From Eledone cirrhosa (Eukaryota), in contig OZ024749.1 of the NCBI GenBank assembly GCA_964016885.1, positions 22,382,001-22,446,000 of the forward strand: 64,000 nt of DNA. Reading direction: 5' to 3'. Below, one piece after another: positions 12,437-26,373 of the stretch. Each line of letters begins with the position of its first letter. Positions within the stretch are counted from its first letter, which is position 1. The notes beneath the pieces were generated by a model, which saw nothing but the letters and a program-made list of their open reading frames with translations, did no database searches and was not told the DNA's origin. The translations under genes and the position numbers were made by a program.

Positions 12437-15400
12437 ATGGATATAAGAGTAGGAAGTTTAAATGTTCGTGGCCTGGGGTCGCCCTGGAAGCAAGGTCACT
12501 TGCTCAACGACCTCAGGTCACTAGGAATGGATGTAATTGCCATCAGCGAGACCAGAATTTCCGACACACGCGCACTGGCGCCGATTTTCGACGATTATCA
12601 GATCTTTGCATCTGTTAGTCGGCCGGGAATGGGAGGTGGAGTGGCTGTGCTGTTTAGGAAATGTCTGGATCTCGAGGTAAGGTCAATCTTCCGGGATCCT
12701 GACGGAAAGTTGGTGGTCCTGGACGTGAGCAATAGCGAAGGTGGTGCCTTTAGACTGGTGGCCGTCTACGCCCCTACTGGGGCCGGTCGGCCGGACTTCT
12801 TTAGGCGCCTGGAAAACTTTCTGCTTACGTCTCGCCCTTTACTGTTAATAGGGGATTGGAATGGCATCTTAGAAGCACGCTGGGATTGTGTGGGAGTATC
12901 TGATAGGAGCGGGGGGTGCAAAAGCCTCAAGTACCTGATCAGCCAGTTTCAACTGTCTGACAGGTACCGACTAGATTTCCCTAATGCGCCAGTATGGACC
13001 TGGACCAATCGCATAGGGTCATCTAGATCGTACATAGATAGGATTTTCATTAGGAAAAGAGATAGAAATAGTGTAGGATGTCCACATTTTAAAACGGTTG
13101 CCTATTCAGATCACAAGCTTGTGATCTGTATGGTCGACCTAGATAAGACACGTAGGTTAGGACCTAGCTACTGGAAGCTAAACATGTCGTTTCCGGCACG
13201 TAAAGCTTACAGGGACCGGGTCAACAACTTAGTTAAGCAAAAGTTGACAGGGGGGGTTGTCAACAACAGGTGGTGGGGGGCTCTCAAAAGAGAGATTAGA
13301 GCAACCTCGATAGGATTTAGCAAAGAAGTAGCAATAGAGAAAAATAGAAAGGAGGAGGGGCTGATAGCTAAGTTAGACGAGGCTATTTGTAGTGGCATTG
13401 CAACAGACGTGCTAGCGGCGAGAATGGCACTAGACCATTTCTTCAATGCGAAACACGAAGGTTGCATTGTCAGAGCTAAGGCGCGTGCTCTGAGGAACGA
13501 GGGAACCAAAGCTGCCCGATGGGCTCGCTTTGCAGAGACGCAGCGTGGAAATAAAACCACAATTCGGTATTTGACGGATCGAGATGGACACGAACTGAGC
13601 GATTCCAAGCAGATGTGTGAGGCCTTTCGCCAGCACTTTGCTCGATTGTTCGGGAGGATGGGTGAGTCGGAGACGGCGGCGGACTTCAGTCCCTACCTCG
13701 ACGGCTTGCCACGCCTCTCGACGGCCGACGCTGAGCGCTGCGAAGAGCCGATAACATCAGTCGAAATTCAGGACGCCCTTGTCGGCTGCTCGAGTCGCAA
13801 GTCACCCGGTTTGGATGGTCTGCCCTACGAGCTTTACGTAAATATGCCAGACTTGTTCTCCGATCTCCTCGAAGCGCTCTACTGCAACTGGCAGCAGAAC
13901 GGGAGCATTCCCAGTTCTGTGAGCCGTGGCGTAGTGACGCTGATAAGGAAAGACGAGAACAAGAGGGACACACTAGATAATTTCAGGCCCATAACCCTGC
14001 TCAACACAGAGTTTAAGATTTTGGCCAAGGTGTTAGCGAAAAGGTTGGCGCTTGTCGTCAAAGATTTGGTTGGGGAGGCGCACACTTGCGCAATCCCGAC
14101 CAGTTCCATACACGACAACCTCCACCTCATGCGATACATCATAGAGAGGGTTGGGTGCAAACCTGGCTTCGGTGGGGCTCTGATCAATTTAGATCAATCG
14201 AAAGCATTCGATAGGGTCGACCATCGGTACTTGGAGGCTGTCCTCGAGGCGGCTGGCTTCGGCCCCGTCTTCAGAAGCTGGATCGCTGCAATGTACAGCG
14301 GCATCTGCTCGGTGGTCAAAGTTAATGGCCACCTCTCGGAACCGTTTCAGATCTCTCGATCGGTCCGTCAAGGGTGCCCTCTCCCCTCCCTTCTGTACGT
14401 ATTGACTCTTGAGCCTCTACTGCGGAAGCTGGAGTTGTTGCAGGGCATCCCGCTCGAACCGGGACGTAGAAAGCTGCGTGCGCTTATGCGGACGACATCA
14501 CCGTGATGGTGTCGGACACCTCGGAAATCGAGGTGATCTGCACCCATTTGGAGGAATATGAAAGGTTGACGGGAGCAAAACTTAACCCGGAAAAGTCGGT
14601 GGGCTTGCAGCTCGGCACCTGGAGAGGCAAGTCCATGCCGTCCAACAGCGTCGTTGGGCGCTGGACAGACGGACCGGTAAAGTTGCTCGGGGTTTGGTTC
14701 GGACCAGACCTCCAGGTGGATAAGAATTGGGACGAGGTGACGAGCAGGATAGCCAACCTCACCCAGAAATGGGCTGAGAGAAAGCTATCACTGAAAGGGC
14801 GGGCGGAGGTGGCGAACGCGTACATCGCGTCCGTCATCTACTACCGCCTGACCGTCGTGCCTTGCCCCCGTCCACGCCTCGCCAATTTGGAACGGCTCCT
14901 TTTCAAATTTTTGTGGAGGGGACGGGTCCCGTTGGTGAGGCGGTCCATCTGCTGCCAGCACCCTCTTCGTGGAGGGCTGGGCATGCCGTGGCTAATGATG
15001 CGCAGACATGCGCTGAGGCTGCGACATCTCCAGATATTTTGCCTAAACGGTGAACAGGTGTGGTCGCCGTTTGTTAGACGGGCCTTTCCACAGCTCATCT
15101 CTTTGACTGAGCTGCAGTCCTGGGTCGAGAAGAGACCGAGACTGGGCGACTGGCATCTGGAATGTTGCCAGGCGCTCACTGCTCTCTGCAAGGTGGGCAA
15201 TGCGGTCAGTGGAACTTCCACTCAAGATTTCTATAGAGGATTAGTGGAGGGCAAGTACGATGACGTACTAGGAGAGGCTCTAGGCGTCAACGAAGTAGAA
15301 CTGACCAGTATGTTCCGGAGGACTTTCGAGCCGGGGACGATGGATAACTTCCAGAAATCCCTCGCTTGGCAGTGCTACCGGGGGGCGCTGCCGGTTCGGG

Positions 15401-15855
15401 ATAAACTCTACAGGCACGGAAGTGCTGTCAGACGAACCTGCCCGAGATGCGCGCAGAGCGACGAAACCGTTCTACACGCACTCGTCCAGTGTCGGTGCAT
15501 TGCTGACTTGTGGGGTTATGTCGAACAGCTATTGTCGCGTGTAGAACGGATCCGGCTATCGTCCGAGTCCATAGTGAAGATTGACCCGCCGCCTTCTTTT
15601 GGTCAGGAAGGGCAGGCAATTTTCCTCTGCCTGGTGGCAGTAGCGAAAGAGGTTGCATGGTGGACCAGGTTGAAAGGACTGAAGACAGACACTTTTCTCT
15701 TCGGCCAATCCCTCATCAACTTCTTCAAGTTTCACTTGGAAAGGAAGGTGAGGGTGGAGAGAGAAGTGCTGCCCGCCAGTACATTTACTGAAAGGTGGGT
15801 GAATGTGGCGAGAATGGCCCGCGTGAGTGGGCCTACTCTGATCATGCGCCTGTAG
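12437..15855 (+). pseudogene. Tx1 ORF2: apurinic endonuclease + RT + C-terminal zinc finger (frameshift near 14470)
   Basis: SLNVRGL, GDWN, YIDRIF, SDH; KSPGLDG, FRPITLL, DQSKAFD, QGCPL; YADD in the next frame (~14486); CPRC..ETVLHALVQC. Confidence 0.92.
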
Positions 15856-16128
15856 GCTGGTGAATTCGAGAAGGAGAGGGGTGCCCTTCCCGGGTGCCCT
15901 AGGAGCGTCGGGTGGCTCAGGACTGGTGGGGTGCTTGAGTCAACTCTGGGTGGTGATCCCTCTTATTGGGGAACTTTCATTGTTGTATTTTTATTGTTAT
16001 TTTGTTTTTTGTTATTTATACTTACTCGATCTCTATGTAAGCCCCCACTGTCCCTGTCTATTGTGTTGTCCCCTATATGTCGGCCCTTGTGGCCAATAAA
16101 TGAAATCATTATTATTATTATTATTATT

Positions 16129-16327
16129 AAAGTACCAGTAATGCACTGGAATAATTGCTGGGCTTGTGCCAAACGTAGAAACAATTATTATTATTTTCTG
16201 ATCTGAGTTCAAATCCTGCCGAGGTTAATATTTCATCTTTACGGGGTCGATAAAATAAAGTACCAGTAATGCACTGAGTAATTGCTGGCCTTGTGCCAAA
16301 AGTAGAAACAATTATTATTATTATTAT
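16129..16327 (+). mobile_element. Two truncated SINE family A copies in the LINE tail
   Basis: aaagtaccagtaatgcactg...gtgccaaaagtagaaacaattatt occurs twice. Confidence 0.75.
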
Positions 16328-16329
16328 TT

Positions 16330-16817
16330 GAGTCTCAGTCATTGATGTTATTTAATTGGAAAGTTTGTTGAAATGAATATCAAGCCGCTACCTGCAGCCT
16401 CAGATATTAAGGACGTATCAGAGGGTTCTTGCTGTTCCCAACAAGCATGCCTTTTGAAGTGTTCCAAAAAGCGGGGTTGGACTAATCTTCTTTAACCACC
16501 CTTGGAAACTCTTTGAGATAGTACCTAGTGCGCCTATTACAATCGGGACGACCTTGGTGGTTCCAAATCCTTTTAAACTCCCACTTTAAGTCCTGGTATC
16601 GGTTAATTTTCTCCCTATCCTTTTCGTGCACTCTCGTGTCAAATGGGCAGGCTACATCTACAATCAGGCACGATCTTTTTTCCTTGTCAAAAACCACCAG
16701 GTCACGCCTATTATGTTCTAATTTCTTGTCCGTCTGTATCCTAAAATCCCACAGCACCTTCACCTGGTCGGTTTCTATCACCGGCTCTGGCTTATGCTCA
16801 CACCACTTCTCCTTATA
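16330..16817 (-). mobile_element. 3' fragment of an R4/Dong-type LINE (restriction-like endonuclease) in (AAT)n
   Basis: VLWDFRIQTDKKLEHNRRDLVVFD...IVDVACPFD...EKINRYQDL (PD..D/ExK-like). Confidence 0.8.
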
Positions 16818-16949
16818 AAAATAATAATAATAATAATTATTATTATTATAATTATTATTATTAAAATACCAGTAACGCACTGGGGTCGATTTAATCGACT
16901 TTCCCTTTTCTTTCAAATTGTTGCCTTTTTACCAAATGTAAAAATAATG

Positions 16950-17350
16950 ATTATGATTATTATGGCCATTATGATAGTGGTGTTGATGATGAAGATGAGG
17001 ATGAAGGTGATGACTTTGATGCTGACAACGATGATGATGATGACGTAGATGATGACGTTGACGATAATGATGATAATTACGGCGACGACGACGACGATGA
17101 TGATGAAAAAATAATGAAGATGATGATGATGACGGTGATGATGATCATGATTATGATCAACAAAATAATGAAGATGATGATGATGGCGTTGATGGCGATG
17201 ATGATGTTGATGACGACAACGACAACGACGACGACGATGATGATGAAGATGATGACGATGAGGATCAGCAAAATAATTAAGATGATGATGAAGATGATGG
17301 TGATGGTGACATTGAACAAGATAAGAAAGACAACAACAAAAATGAAGATA
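16950..17350. repeat. Degenerate (GAT)n low-complexity tract
   Basis: Direct inspection. Confidence 0.9.
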
Positions 17351-17628
17351 AATAAGTCATGTAAAATATGAAACTAAGAAAACAGCATGAAATGTTGTAA
17401 TGTGTTGTTGTGAGATAAAATTATCGAAAACAGAAAACATAACACAAAGAATACCCCAGAAAAATTAAGATCAACGAACGAGGAACTCTAGACACGCCAT
17501 TTTGTTTTTTATATATATATTCTGTTTTTAATGGCGTTCGTGTCACGTACGACAAATAATCTTCGTAAAGTTCACTACAAGTCTTTCGAATCGAAAAAAT
17601 CTACATCCAGAGAAGTAACTAACTAACC

Positions 17629-17659
<31 letters not shown>

Positions 17660-17799
17660 CAACCAGCCAACGAACCAAATTACAAACTAACCCGCCAACC
17701 AACCAACCGACCAGGCAATCAACGTGGCAACTAACCAACTAGCCAGCCAGCTAGCAAGCTAGCCAGTCAGCCAACCAACCAACCAACCAAGCAATTGAT

Positions 17800-17955
17800 A
17801 TCCAATTGCTAATACTATCTATCGGTCGCAACTCCAGGTAGAAGGAGCAACGTGAAATAAAGTGTCTTGCTCAAGGACATAACGCATCGTCCGGTTTGGG
17901 AATCGAACTCACAACCCCACGATTACGAATCCAATTCTCTAACCACTCAGCCACA
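17800..17955 (-). mobile_element. tRNA-derived SINE family B
   Basis: Minus strand: TGGCTGAGTGG (A box), GAGTTCGATTCC (B box), gtccttgagcaagacact. Copies at 28482-28552, 41078-41237 and 42917-43004. Confidence 0.8.
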
Positions 17956-18209
17956 ATATATAGATAGATATACACATATATATATATGCATATATGTATA
18001 TACATATATATATATATATATATGTGTGAGTGTGTCTGACAGTGTGTGCATATATGTATATATATATCTATCTATCTATATGTGCACACACACACATACA
18101 CACACACAACGCAGCCATTGTGCTATCAGGGAATTCAACTTAAAAACTCTGCTTTTTATTCTTGTCTCTTCAAGTCATGCCTGTGGCACAGCTTTTATGA
18201 ATAATTATT

Positions 18210-18466
18210 AACCATCATCATCATCGCCATCATTATCATCACAATGATGATGATGATGATGATCATCATCATCATCTCGATCATCATCATGACCATCATC
18301 ATTTTTATAACCATCATCATCACCATCATTACCATCACCATCATTATCATCATTGTCATCATCTTCATCATCATCTGCACCACCACCACCACCATCATCA
18401 TCATCATTGCCATCACCATCGTCATTATCATTATTATTGTCATCTTCCTTCTTCTTCTTCTTCTTC
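18210..18466. repeat. Degenerate (CAT)n tract
   Basis: Direct inspection. Confidence 0.9.
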
Positions 18467-18744
18467 ACACTTGTCTTCTGATTTATTCGAATTAGTAATA
18501 GTAATATTAGTATTAGTATAATTGATAGTAGTGTTAATAGTAACAGCCACTATTCACCAATCACCTCAAACAATGAATTATAGTCGTTCAAATGTTATTT
18601 CATTGAAAGCAGACGACACGACACGAGATTCTTTTTTCCTTATTTGGCTGAACAAAATTCACACAATAAACATGTCGTCTGTATTTCACGTGGGCTGAAC
18701 AGGAAGAAGAAACGAGAAAACAACAACAACGACAACAACAATAA

Positions 18745-19612
18745 TAATTGTTTCTACTAATGACACAAGGCCAGCAATTACCCAGTACATTACTGGTACT
18801 TTATTTTATCGACCCCGTAAGGATGAAAGGCAAAGTTAACCTCGGCGGGATTTGAACTCAAAATGGCAAGGGCCGTAACTCGTCAAAGCATGGCGTCCGA
18901 CCCTCTACCGATACTGCCAATTCACCGCCCTCAACAACAATAATAATGATTTCTACTATAGGTACAAAGCCAGCAATTTTGGGAGAGGAGAAAGTGGAGT
19001 AAATCGGCCCCGTAAGGATGAAAGGCAAAGCTAACCTCGGCGGGATTCGAACATAAATGACCTTAACTCTATGCTGCAAATCATATTATCCGACGCTCTA
19101 CTGATACTGCCAATCCACTGCCATCATCAACAACAACAACAACAACAATAATTTCTGATCTAGGTACAAGACCAACAATTTTGAGGAGGGGTAATTCGTG
19201 ATTAAATCGACCCTCAGTGCATTACTGGTACATTATTGTATCGATCCTTTAAGGATAAAAGGCAAAGCTAACCTCGGCGTGATTTGAACTCAGAACGTAA
19301 AGGGACGTAACTATATGTTTCAAAGCATGGCGTCCGACGTTTATCTCGGAAGGGATGAATGGCGAAGTTAAACTCGGCGGGATTTGAATGTAGCCCATCA
19401 TAATCCTTTCTGATTTAGGCACAAAGCCAACGATATTGGGGTAAGGGAAACTCGAGATTAAATCGACCCCGCTACGTAACTGGTACTTTATTTTATCAAA
19501 CCCGTAAGGGACGAAGGGCAAAGATACCATACGTTCGATTTGAACACAAACTATAAAAGGTCAGAGCAAATAATATTTTGTTAAACGTTCTACCAATTCT
19601 GCCAATCCATTA
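18745..19612 (-). mobile_element. Head-to-tail cluster of ~4-5 SINE family A copies
   Basis: Repeated ggcaaagttaacctcggcgggatttgaactca...ccgatactgccaat units separated by (AAC/AAT)n. Confidence 0.8.
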
Positions 19613-19707
19613 CTAGAAATAATAATTACGTTTAATAACAGGAAGAGGATGATGACGTGTTGATGATAGCGTTGATGTTGATGATGATGATGATGATGAT
19701 GATGAAA

Positions 19708-19739
<32 letters not shown>

Positions 19740-22700
19740 TTTCTTTATTAACCACAAGGGTTTACATAAAGTAGACATTAAGGACAGTGCAGGACAATAC
19801 AGGACGGTACAAATGGGCATTTCTGCGTGTAAAAAAACAAAAAAAGAGGATGTAACAAAAAAATAACAATGAAAAATTCCCCAATAGGGGGGAGACTTCG
19901 GAGGGACATTTGTGGAGAAAGCCCAGTAAAAGGCCACAGTGACCCTGACCACCAAGGCATGTGCCCTCTCCCAGTTTTCCACTTTTAATTTACAGATACG
20001 TACTCAGAGTAGGCCCATTCACTCGGGCCATTCTTGCTTCTCTCACCCATCTTTCAACAAAATGCTGGGAAGAGAGCACTTCCCTCTCTACTCTGATTTT
20101 CCTTTTCAAATGAAATTTGAAAAGGTCAATCAGGGCATCACCGAAGCGGTAAGTGCTCGTCTTCAGCCCTTTCAAACGTGTCTACCATACTATCTCTTTC
20201 GCCATGGCCACCAGACAGATAAAAACTGCCTGCCCTTCCCGGCTAAAGGATGGACTCAGATGATAGCCGGATCCGTCCTACACGCGACAGCAGGTGTTCG
20301 ACATAAACCCACAAGTCAGAAATTTTCGGACACTGGACGAGTGCGTGCAGGACGGTTTCGTCGCCCTGCGCGCATCTCGGACATGCCCGGCTGACGGCAC
20401 CTCCATGCCTGTAGAGTTTATCCCGAACTGGCAAGGCTCCTCGGTAGCACTGCCAGGCCAGAGATTTCTGGAAGTTGTCCATAGGTCCCGGCCCGAAAGT
20501 TCTTCCGAAGAGATTGGCTAGTTGATTTTCGTCGACGGCTAGAATTTCCCCAAGTACGTCGTCGCTCGTCCCCTCCACTAATCCTCTATAGAACGCCGAG
20601 GTGGAGTTTCCACCGATCACATTGCCCAATTGGTCGAGGGCTGTGAGCGCCTGAAGACATTCCAGTCTCCAGGCGCTCCCTCTCGGTCTTCGCTTGACCC
20701 AAGACTGCAGCTCCGTCAAGGAAACGAGCTGGGGAAATACGTGTCTAGCAAACGGCGACCACACCTGATCACCGTCGAGGAAGAGGTGGAGATGTCGTAG
20801 CCTTAGCGCGTGTCTGCGCATCATCAGCTACGGCATTCCCAGCCCTCCACGTAGCGGGTGTTGACAGCAGATGGACCACCTGCAAAAAGGAGCGTCCCTT
20901 CCACAAAAAGCGAAAGAGCAAACGCTCCAGCGCAGTCAGGCGGGGCTTAGGACAAGGTACGACTGTCAGGCGGTAGCAGATGACAGACGCGATGTACGCG
21001 TTAGCCAACTCCGCTCGACCTTTCAGGGATAGCTTCCTCTCCGCCCATTTCTGGGAGAGAGAAGCCACCCTGCTCGTCACCTCCTCCCTGTTTTTGTCCG
21101 TCTGGAGGTCCGGACCGAACCAGACCCCTAGCAATTTAACCGGTCCGTCCAGCGTCCGACGATGCTGTTGGACGGCATGGACCTTCCTCTCCAGGTGCCG
21201 AGCTGCAGGCCCACTGACTTTTCCTGGTTGATCATTGCTCCTGTCACCGCTTCCTATTCTCTTAGTGTAGTGCCGATCGCCTCGATGTGTTTGACGTTCG
21301 ACACCACTACGGTGACATCGTCCGCATATGCTGACACGGATCTTCCGCATATGCTGACACGGATCTTCCGCATCCTAGTTCGCGCGGGACGCCCCTCAAC
21401 GTCTCCAGCTTGTGCAGTAATGGCTCGAGAGTCAATACGTACAAGAGGGACGAGAGGGGACATCCTTGGCGGACCGAGCGCATGATGTTGAACGGTTCCG
21501 AAAGGTGACCGTTCACTCTCACCACAGAGCAGATGTCGCTGTGTATGGCAGCGATCCAGCCTCTGACGACGGGCCCAAAGCCAGCCGCCCTCAGGACTGC
21601 CGCTAGGTAACGATGGTCGACCCTATCGAAAGCTTTCGACTGATCTAAATTGATCAAGGACCCACCCGTGCCAGGTTCCCTAGCTACCCTCTCTACGATG
21701 TATCGCATGAAGTGGAGGTTGTCGTGGGTGGATCTGTCGGGAATGGCGCATGTCTGCGCCTCGCCCACCAGACCACCAACGACAAGCGCCAACCTCTTTG
21801 CTAGCACTTTGGCCAAAATCTTGAACTCTGTGTTTAGCAGAGATATGGGCCTGAAATTATCTATGTTATCCCCCTTGTTCGGATCCTTTCTCAGTAGTGC
21901 CACCGCTCCTCGGCTCACAGAGCTGGGAATTCTCCCGTTCTGTTGCCAATTGCAGTAGACGTCCGCCAAGAGGCATCTGTACGTAAATTTCATAGGGCAG
22001 ACCATCCAAACCAGGACATTTACCCCTTGTGCAGCCAGTCATTGCCTCCCGTACTTCAGCGGCTGTTATCAGCTTTTCGCAACACTCCACCTCAGTGGCC
22101 GAGAGCCGCGGCAGTCCGTCGAGGTAGACACTAAAGTCCATCCCTCTACCCGGCCCACCGCTGCTCCCGAACAGCTGAGCGAAGTGTCGCTGTAAAGCTT
22201 CATACATTTTCCCGGGATCGAGTAGCATGCGCCCGTTGTGGTCCACCAAAGACCGTATCGTGGATTTGTTGCCACGACGCGCCTCCGCCACTCGGGCCCA
22301 TTGAACGGCTTTCGTCCCCTCGTGTCTGAGAGCATGCACCCTTGCTCTGACAACGCATCCTTCGTGCTTTGCATTGAAGAATTGGTCAAGGACCAATTTC
22401 GCCGCAAGCACGTCGGTCGCAATGCCTTTGCTAAGCACCTCGTCTAACTTTCTAACTAGTTCTCCCTCTGCTCTATTTTTCTCTATTGCTAAAGCCTTAC
22501 TAAACCTAATCGATTCTATTCTAATCGCTCTTTTCAGAGCAAACCACCACTTGTTGTTGACGATGGCCCCCGTCAACGCCCGCTTAACTAGTTCGCTAAT
22601 CCGGTCTCTGTAGGCCTTGCGCGCTATTAAGGACGCGTTTAGCTTCCAGTAGCCGGGTCCTCGTCTATGAAGCCTATCTAAGTCAAGCACACAGATCACG

Positions 22701-25665
22701 AATTTAGGGTCCGTATAGCTGACTATCTTGAATTGTGGACAGCCTATGCTAGACCTATCTATTTCCCTACAAAATACTCTATCTAGATATGATCTGGATG
22801 ACCCTATCCGATTTGTCCAAGTCCACATTGGCACATTCGGGAAATCTAATCGGTAACTGCCAGACAGTTCAAAACGCCTGAGCAGGTTGATGAGGCTCTT
22901 CCACCCTCCTCCCCTATCCGCTAATCCCACATAGTCCCAGCGTGCATCTAAGATCCCGTTCCAGTCGCCCACTAACACTAAAGAGCGGGTCGTTCCAAGA
23001 AAGGTCTCCAGACGCCGGAAGAAATCAGGCCGCCCTGCTCCTGTCGGGGCATAGACGGCCACTAGCCTGGAAGATGGCCCGTATGGCGAGATCCAAACCT
23101 CTCCGAAAAAGTACAGCAAATCCTCCCCCCGATCTAGGACGGCTGGGAGATGCGTACACATCGTAGCCGCCGAAGATCGGTGCGAAGGCCCGTGCTTCGG
23201 AGATTCTGGTCTCGCTGATGGCCACTACATCTATGTTTAGTGACCTGATGTCGTTGAGCAGGTGGCCCTGCTTCCATGACGACCCCAAGCCACGCGCATT
23301 TATGCTGCCTATTCTGAGTGAGGTCATGTTGAAATGGAATGGAAAAGATGGGAAAGATCACTTACCGTACTTTTCATAGAGGAAGGATGGTTTGTCCATC
23401 CTTTTACCTTGATCGTCTGGTGAATCGTCCCTTCGGCTGGTCGTCGGCTCTTCTATGTGTATGTCCGAATATACTCTCCGGTTGAGAGTCCCTCCTAGGT
23501 CTCTGAAATCACCAACTGTGTTGGGGAATTTCGTTTTAATGTTTGTGAATTGTTTCTGTGCTATTCTTACCAGTCTTATGTTGGTTGGTGTTTTGATTGG
23601 TGCTGGTATTATGTAGTCGTGCTGTGAAATGTCTGTGTGTTCAATTATGTAAGTCATTACTTTCTTGTTGTGTGTGTTTATTGCCGTGCATTTGTTTTTC
23701 TGCGGGTGGGGTGTGGTTCTTCTATTTTCTTGTCGTTGTTGCTGGGTGTGTGTGTTTTGTTGTTGTGTTTGCGATGTTGGTGCTTGTGGTGGTGGTGTTG
23801 AAGGTGTTGTTGTTGTTGGCGGTGGGGTTGTCGCCGGTGGTGATGGTGGTGCTAGTGTGGGTGGTGACGGTATTGGTGGTGTTGTTGCTGTGAGTCTCTT
23901 TGCAGTAGCCTTTACCCTTTTTTCATTTCTTTCCTCCCTTTTCGAAGGCGACGATGCGCTGCTTCTGCGTTTGCGCCTTCTTACGACCTTTTGCCATCCC
24001 TCTCCCACCTCACACTCCATGTCTGATTCTGTGAGGTCGGGGAGGGGTACCAGCACCACTCTTTCACTTGTTGTTGTTGGTGATGTTTGCACTGGAGTCT
24101 CTGTTGCAGCTGCAGTTGGTATTACTGTTGTTGTTGTTAATACTTCCACTGCTGCTGCTGTTCTTGATTTACGTGGCGTGGGTATGGGTGCCACGGACCT
24201 ATCGTTCCTGGTTGCCGCTTGTCCTGTTGCTGGTAGTAGTGGAGCCGGTTTCGGAAGGAGGGGGGTTTTCTCCTTTCTCAGGGTCTACTCGTTGCAGAAG
24301 GCCCTGAGGTGAGTCTACGATCCACAGCGAAAGCATTTCGGGCGTTTGCCCTCAACACTTATGGGCAGTTGAGTGCCTTTATCGAAGTCTATCACATCCG
24401 GGATAGCTTAGATGCACTCCTGGTTGGTTTGGATTAACGTCTCAATGGAGGTGCTGACCCAATCTTCTCTTACTTTTTTCTGTACTTGCAGTACAGTTGT
24501 TTTGTCCTCGATTCCGACGAGGACAGCCGCGGCCAGCCAAGAAGGGGCCATCCCGGGGGAGGGGGGGGGGACGTGGGTCAGTTTGACCCTCACAATATTT
24601 TGCCCGTAGTAGGAGGGAACCAACACCATTTCCTGGCTCCTTAGGGTCACTAAGGATTGAGCCTTTGCCCCCTGGGTGTGGCAAAAAGCACGTCTACGGT
24701 GGCATATTTCTTGCCTCGGATGATATGCGTTTTCCGCTGCCACACAGACCCTAAGGCTTTTTGTATTTGAGCCTCTGTGGCTCTTTCAACCCTACGGGAT
24801 TTTGTGCTTACTGTACGGTACGTGACCGTACAGTGCTGTTGGGTTTCGAAAAATTTTTCGGCTGCCTTGCAGATTGCTCGGTGTCCGGTTTTCGTCACCA
24901 TCTTCTTTGCTTCCTGTAATTCCTCATTTGTTAGGATGGTTTCCAGGTTCTTTGCGATACCAGCAAATGAGATTGGTTTTTCTTTGCTGCTGTTGTTGTT
25001 GTTGTTGTTGTCGTCAGAGCTGCTGTTACTTTTGTTGTTGCTGCAGGTACTACGACTACTGCCGCCGCCGTTTTGATGTGGTTGTTGTTGTTGCTGTTGC
25101 TGCTAATGCTGTTGTTGTTTATGCTGCTGCTGATCCTATTGCGGCTGCTACTGTTGTTTTCCTTGTCACTGTTGCTGCTGCTGCTGGTATTACGGCTGCT
25201 ACTGCTATTATTCATGACGTCAGACGAATGAAATGGGTTTTCGTATTTACCGCACACCTTTTTCGTCGTTGTCGTCGTCGTGGAGAAATGTTCCATGTTT
25301 TGCACGTGATTTTGGAAACCTTTTTTCTTTACTGGCGTCGCTTGCGAAAGAGAAGGGAGGGAGAGACAATCTTCTCTCTGCTGTAGTGACGATTGAGGAA
25401 GAAGAAGACGGAATGAGTGGGGGTGACTTGTGAAAATTCTTTTTTGTAGCCATGTTTTTTTTGTTTAACATAAATATTGGGCACAAAAAACCCCAATAAG
25501 CGGTTATTTAACCCCGAAAGGCCAAATAACGGTCAGAAAGACCCCTCTCACGAGGAGGAGGGTGTTTTTGTCTACAATTTGGTTAAAGTTTTAAACAATT
25601 TACAATTGTTATAGCGGTCAAATTTACAATACCTCACAGAGCCGAGCCTCCGTCAACCATGGCAT
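19708..25665 (-). mobile_element. Near full-length degenerate L1/Tx1 LINE between (AAT)n tracts
   Basis: ORF2 pieces 19990-23327 are homologous to 12437-15855 (SINARGL, DQSKAFD, QGCPL, YADD, CPRC). ORF1 pieces at 23358-25300. Many frameshifts. Confidence 0.9.
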
Positions 25666-26287
25666 TCAATAATAATAATAATAAGAAGAAGAAGAAGAAG
25701 AAGAAGGAGCAGTAGTAGGGGTAGTAAAAGAAGATTGTAAAAAGTGATAGATATTTATAAACTATTTTCGATTGTTCTTCGGGTCACATCACAAAATGTC
25801 TACAACAGGCATGGGAAACCTTTTCGAGCAACGGTTTGTCGTTGTTTCTTGTTTCTTCTTCCTATTCATCCCACGTGACATAGAGACGCCATTACTAAAA
25901 TATTCAAGGCAATTCAATGTCGGAGGAAATAGTTTGCGTTATTCGTTTCGGCACTCTGCTCCCTGAGTTCAAATCCCGCCGAGGTCAACTTTGCCTTTCA
26001 TCTATTGAAGGTCTATAAAAAAAGTACCAATCTAGTAATTGCGTCAATTCTTATGCTATATATCTTTGTCAATTATATTCTCTCACTTTCTATCTTTCTC
26101 TGGAAGAAATCTGTTTTATTCAGACCTGGAGAGGAGATGGGCTCTGCCAGGTTATAAAAGAATCTACTAGAAACGTTGTATGTCAATACGGTGCCCCTAC
26201 GACTTCGTCAAGAGTTACATGGTTATGCCTGATGTAACATATATATGTATATATATGTTACACAGATATATATATATATATATATGT

Positions 26288-26319
<32 letters not shown>

Positions 26320-26341
26320 TTGTGTGTGTAACATATATATG

Positions 26342-26373
<32 letters not shown>

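Larger units (their letters stand above)
10284..16128 (+). mobile_element. Near full-length L1/Tx1-clade LINE between (ATT)n tracts
   Basis: ORF1 with zinc knuckle, ORF2 APE-RT-CCHC, AATAAA and (ATT)n tail at ~16095-16128. 5' boundary approximate. Confidence 0.9.

Noticed and set aside
21321-21373. 23 bp tandem duplication next to the RT YADD motif
   Set aside because: An ordinary inactivating indel in a decayed LINE.
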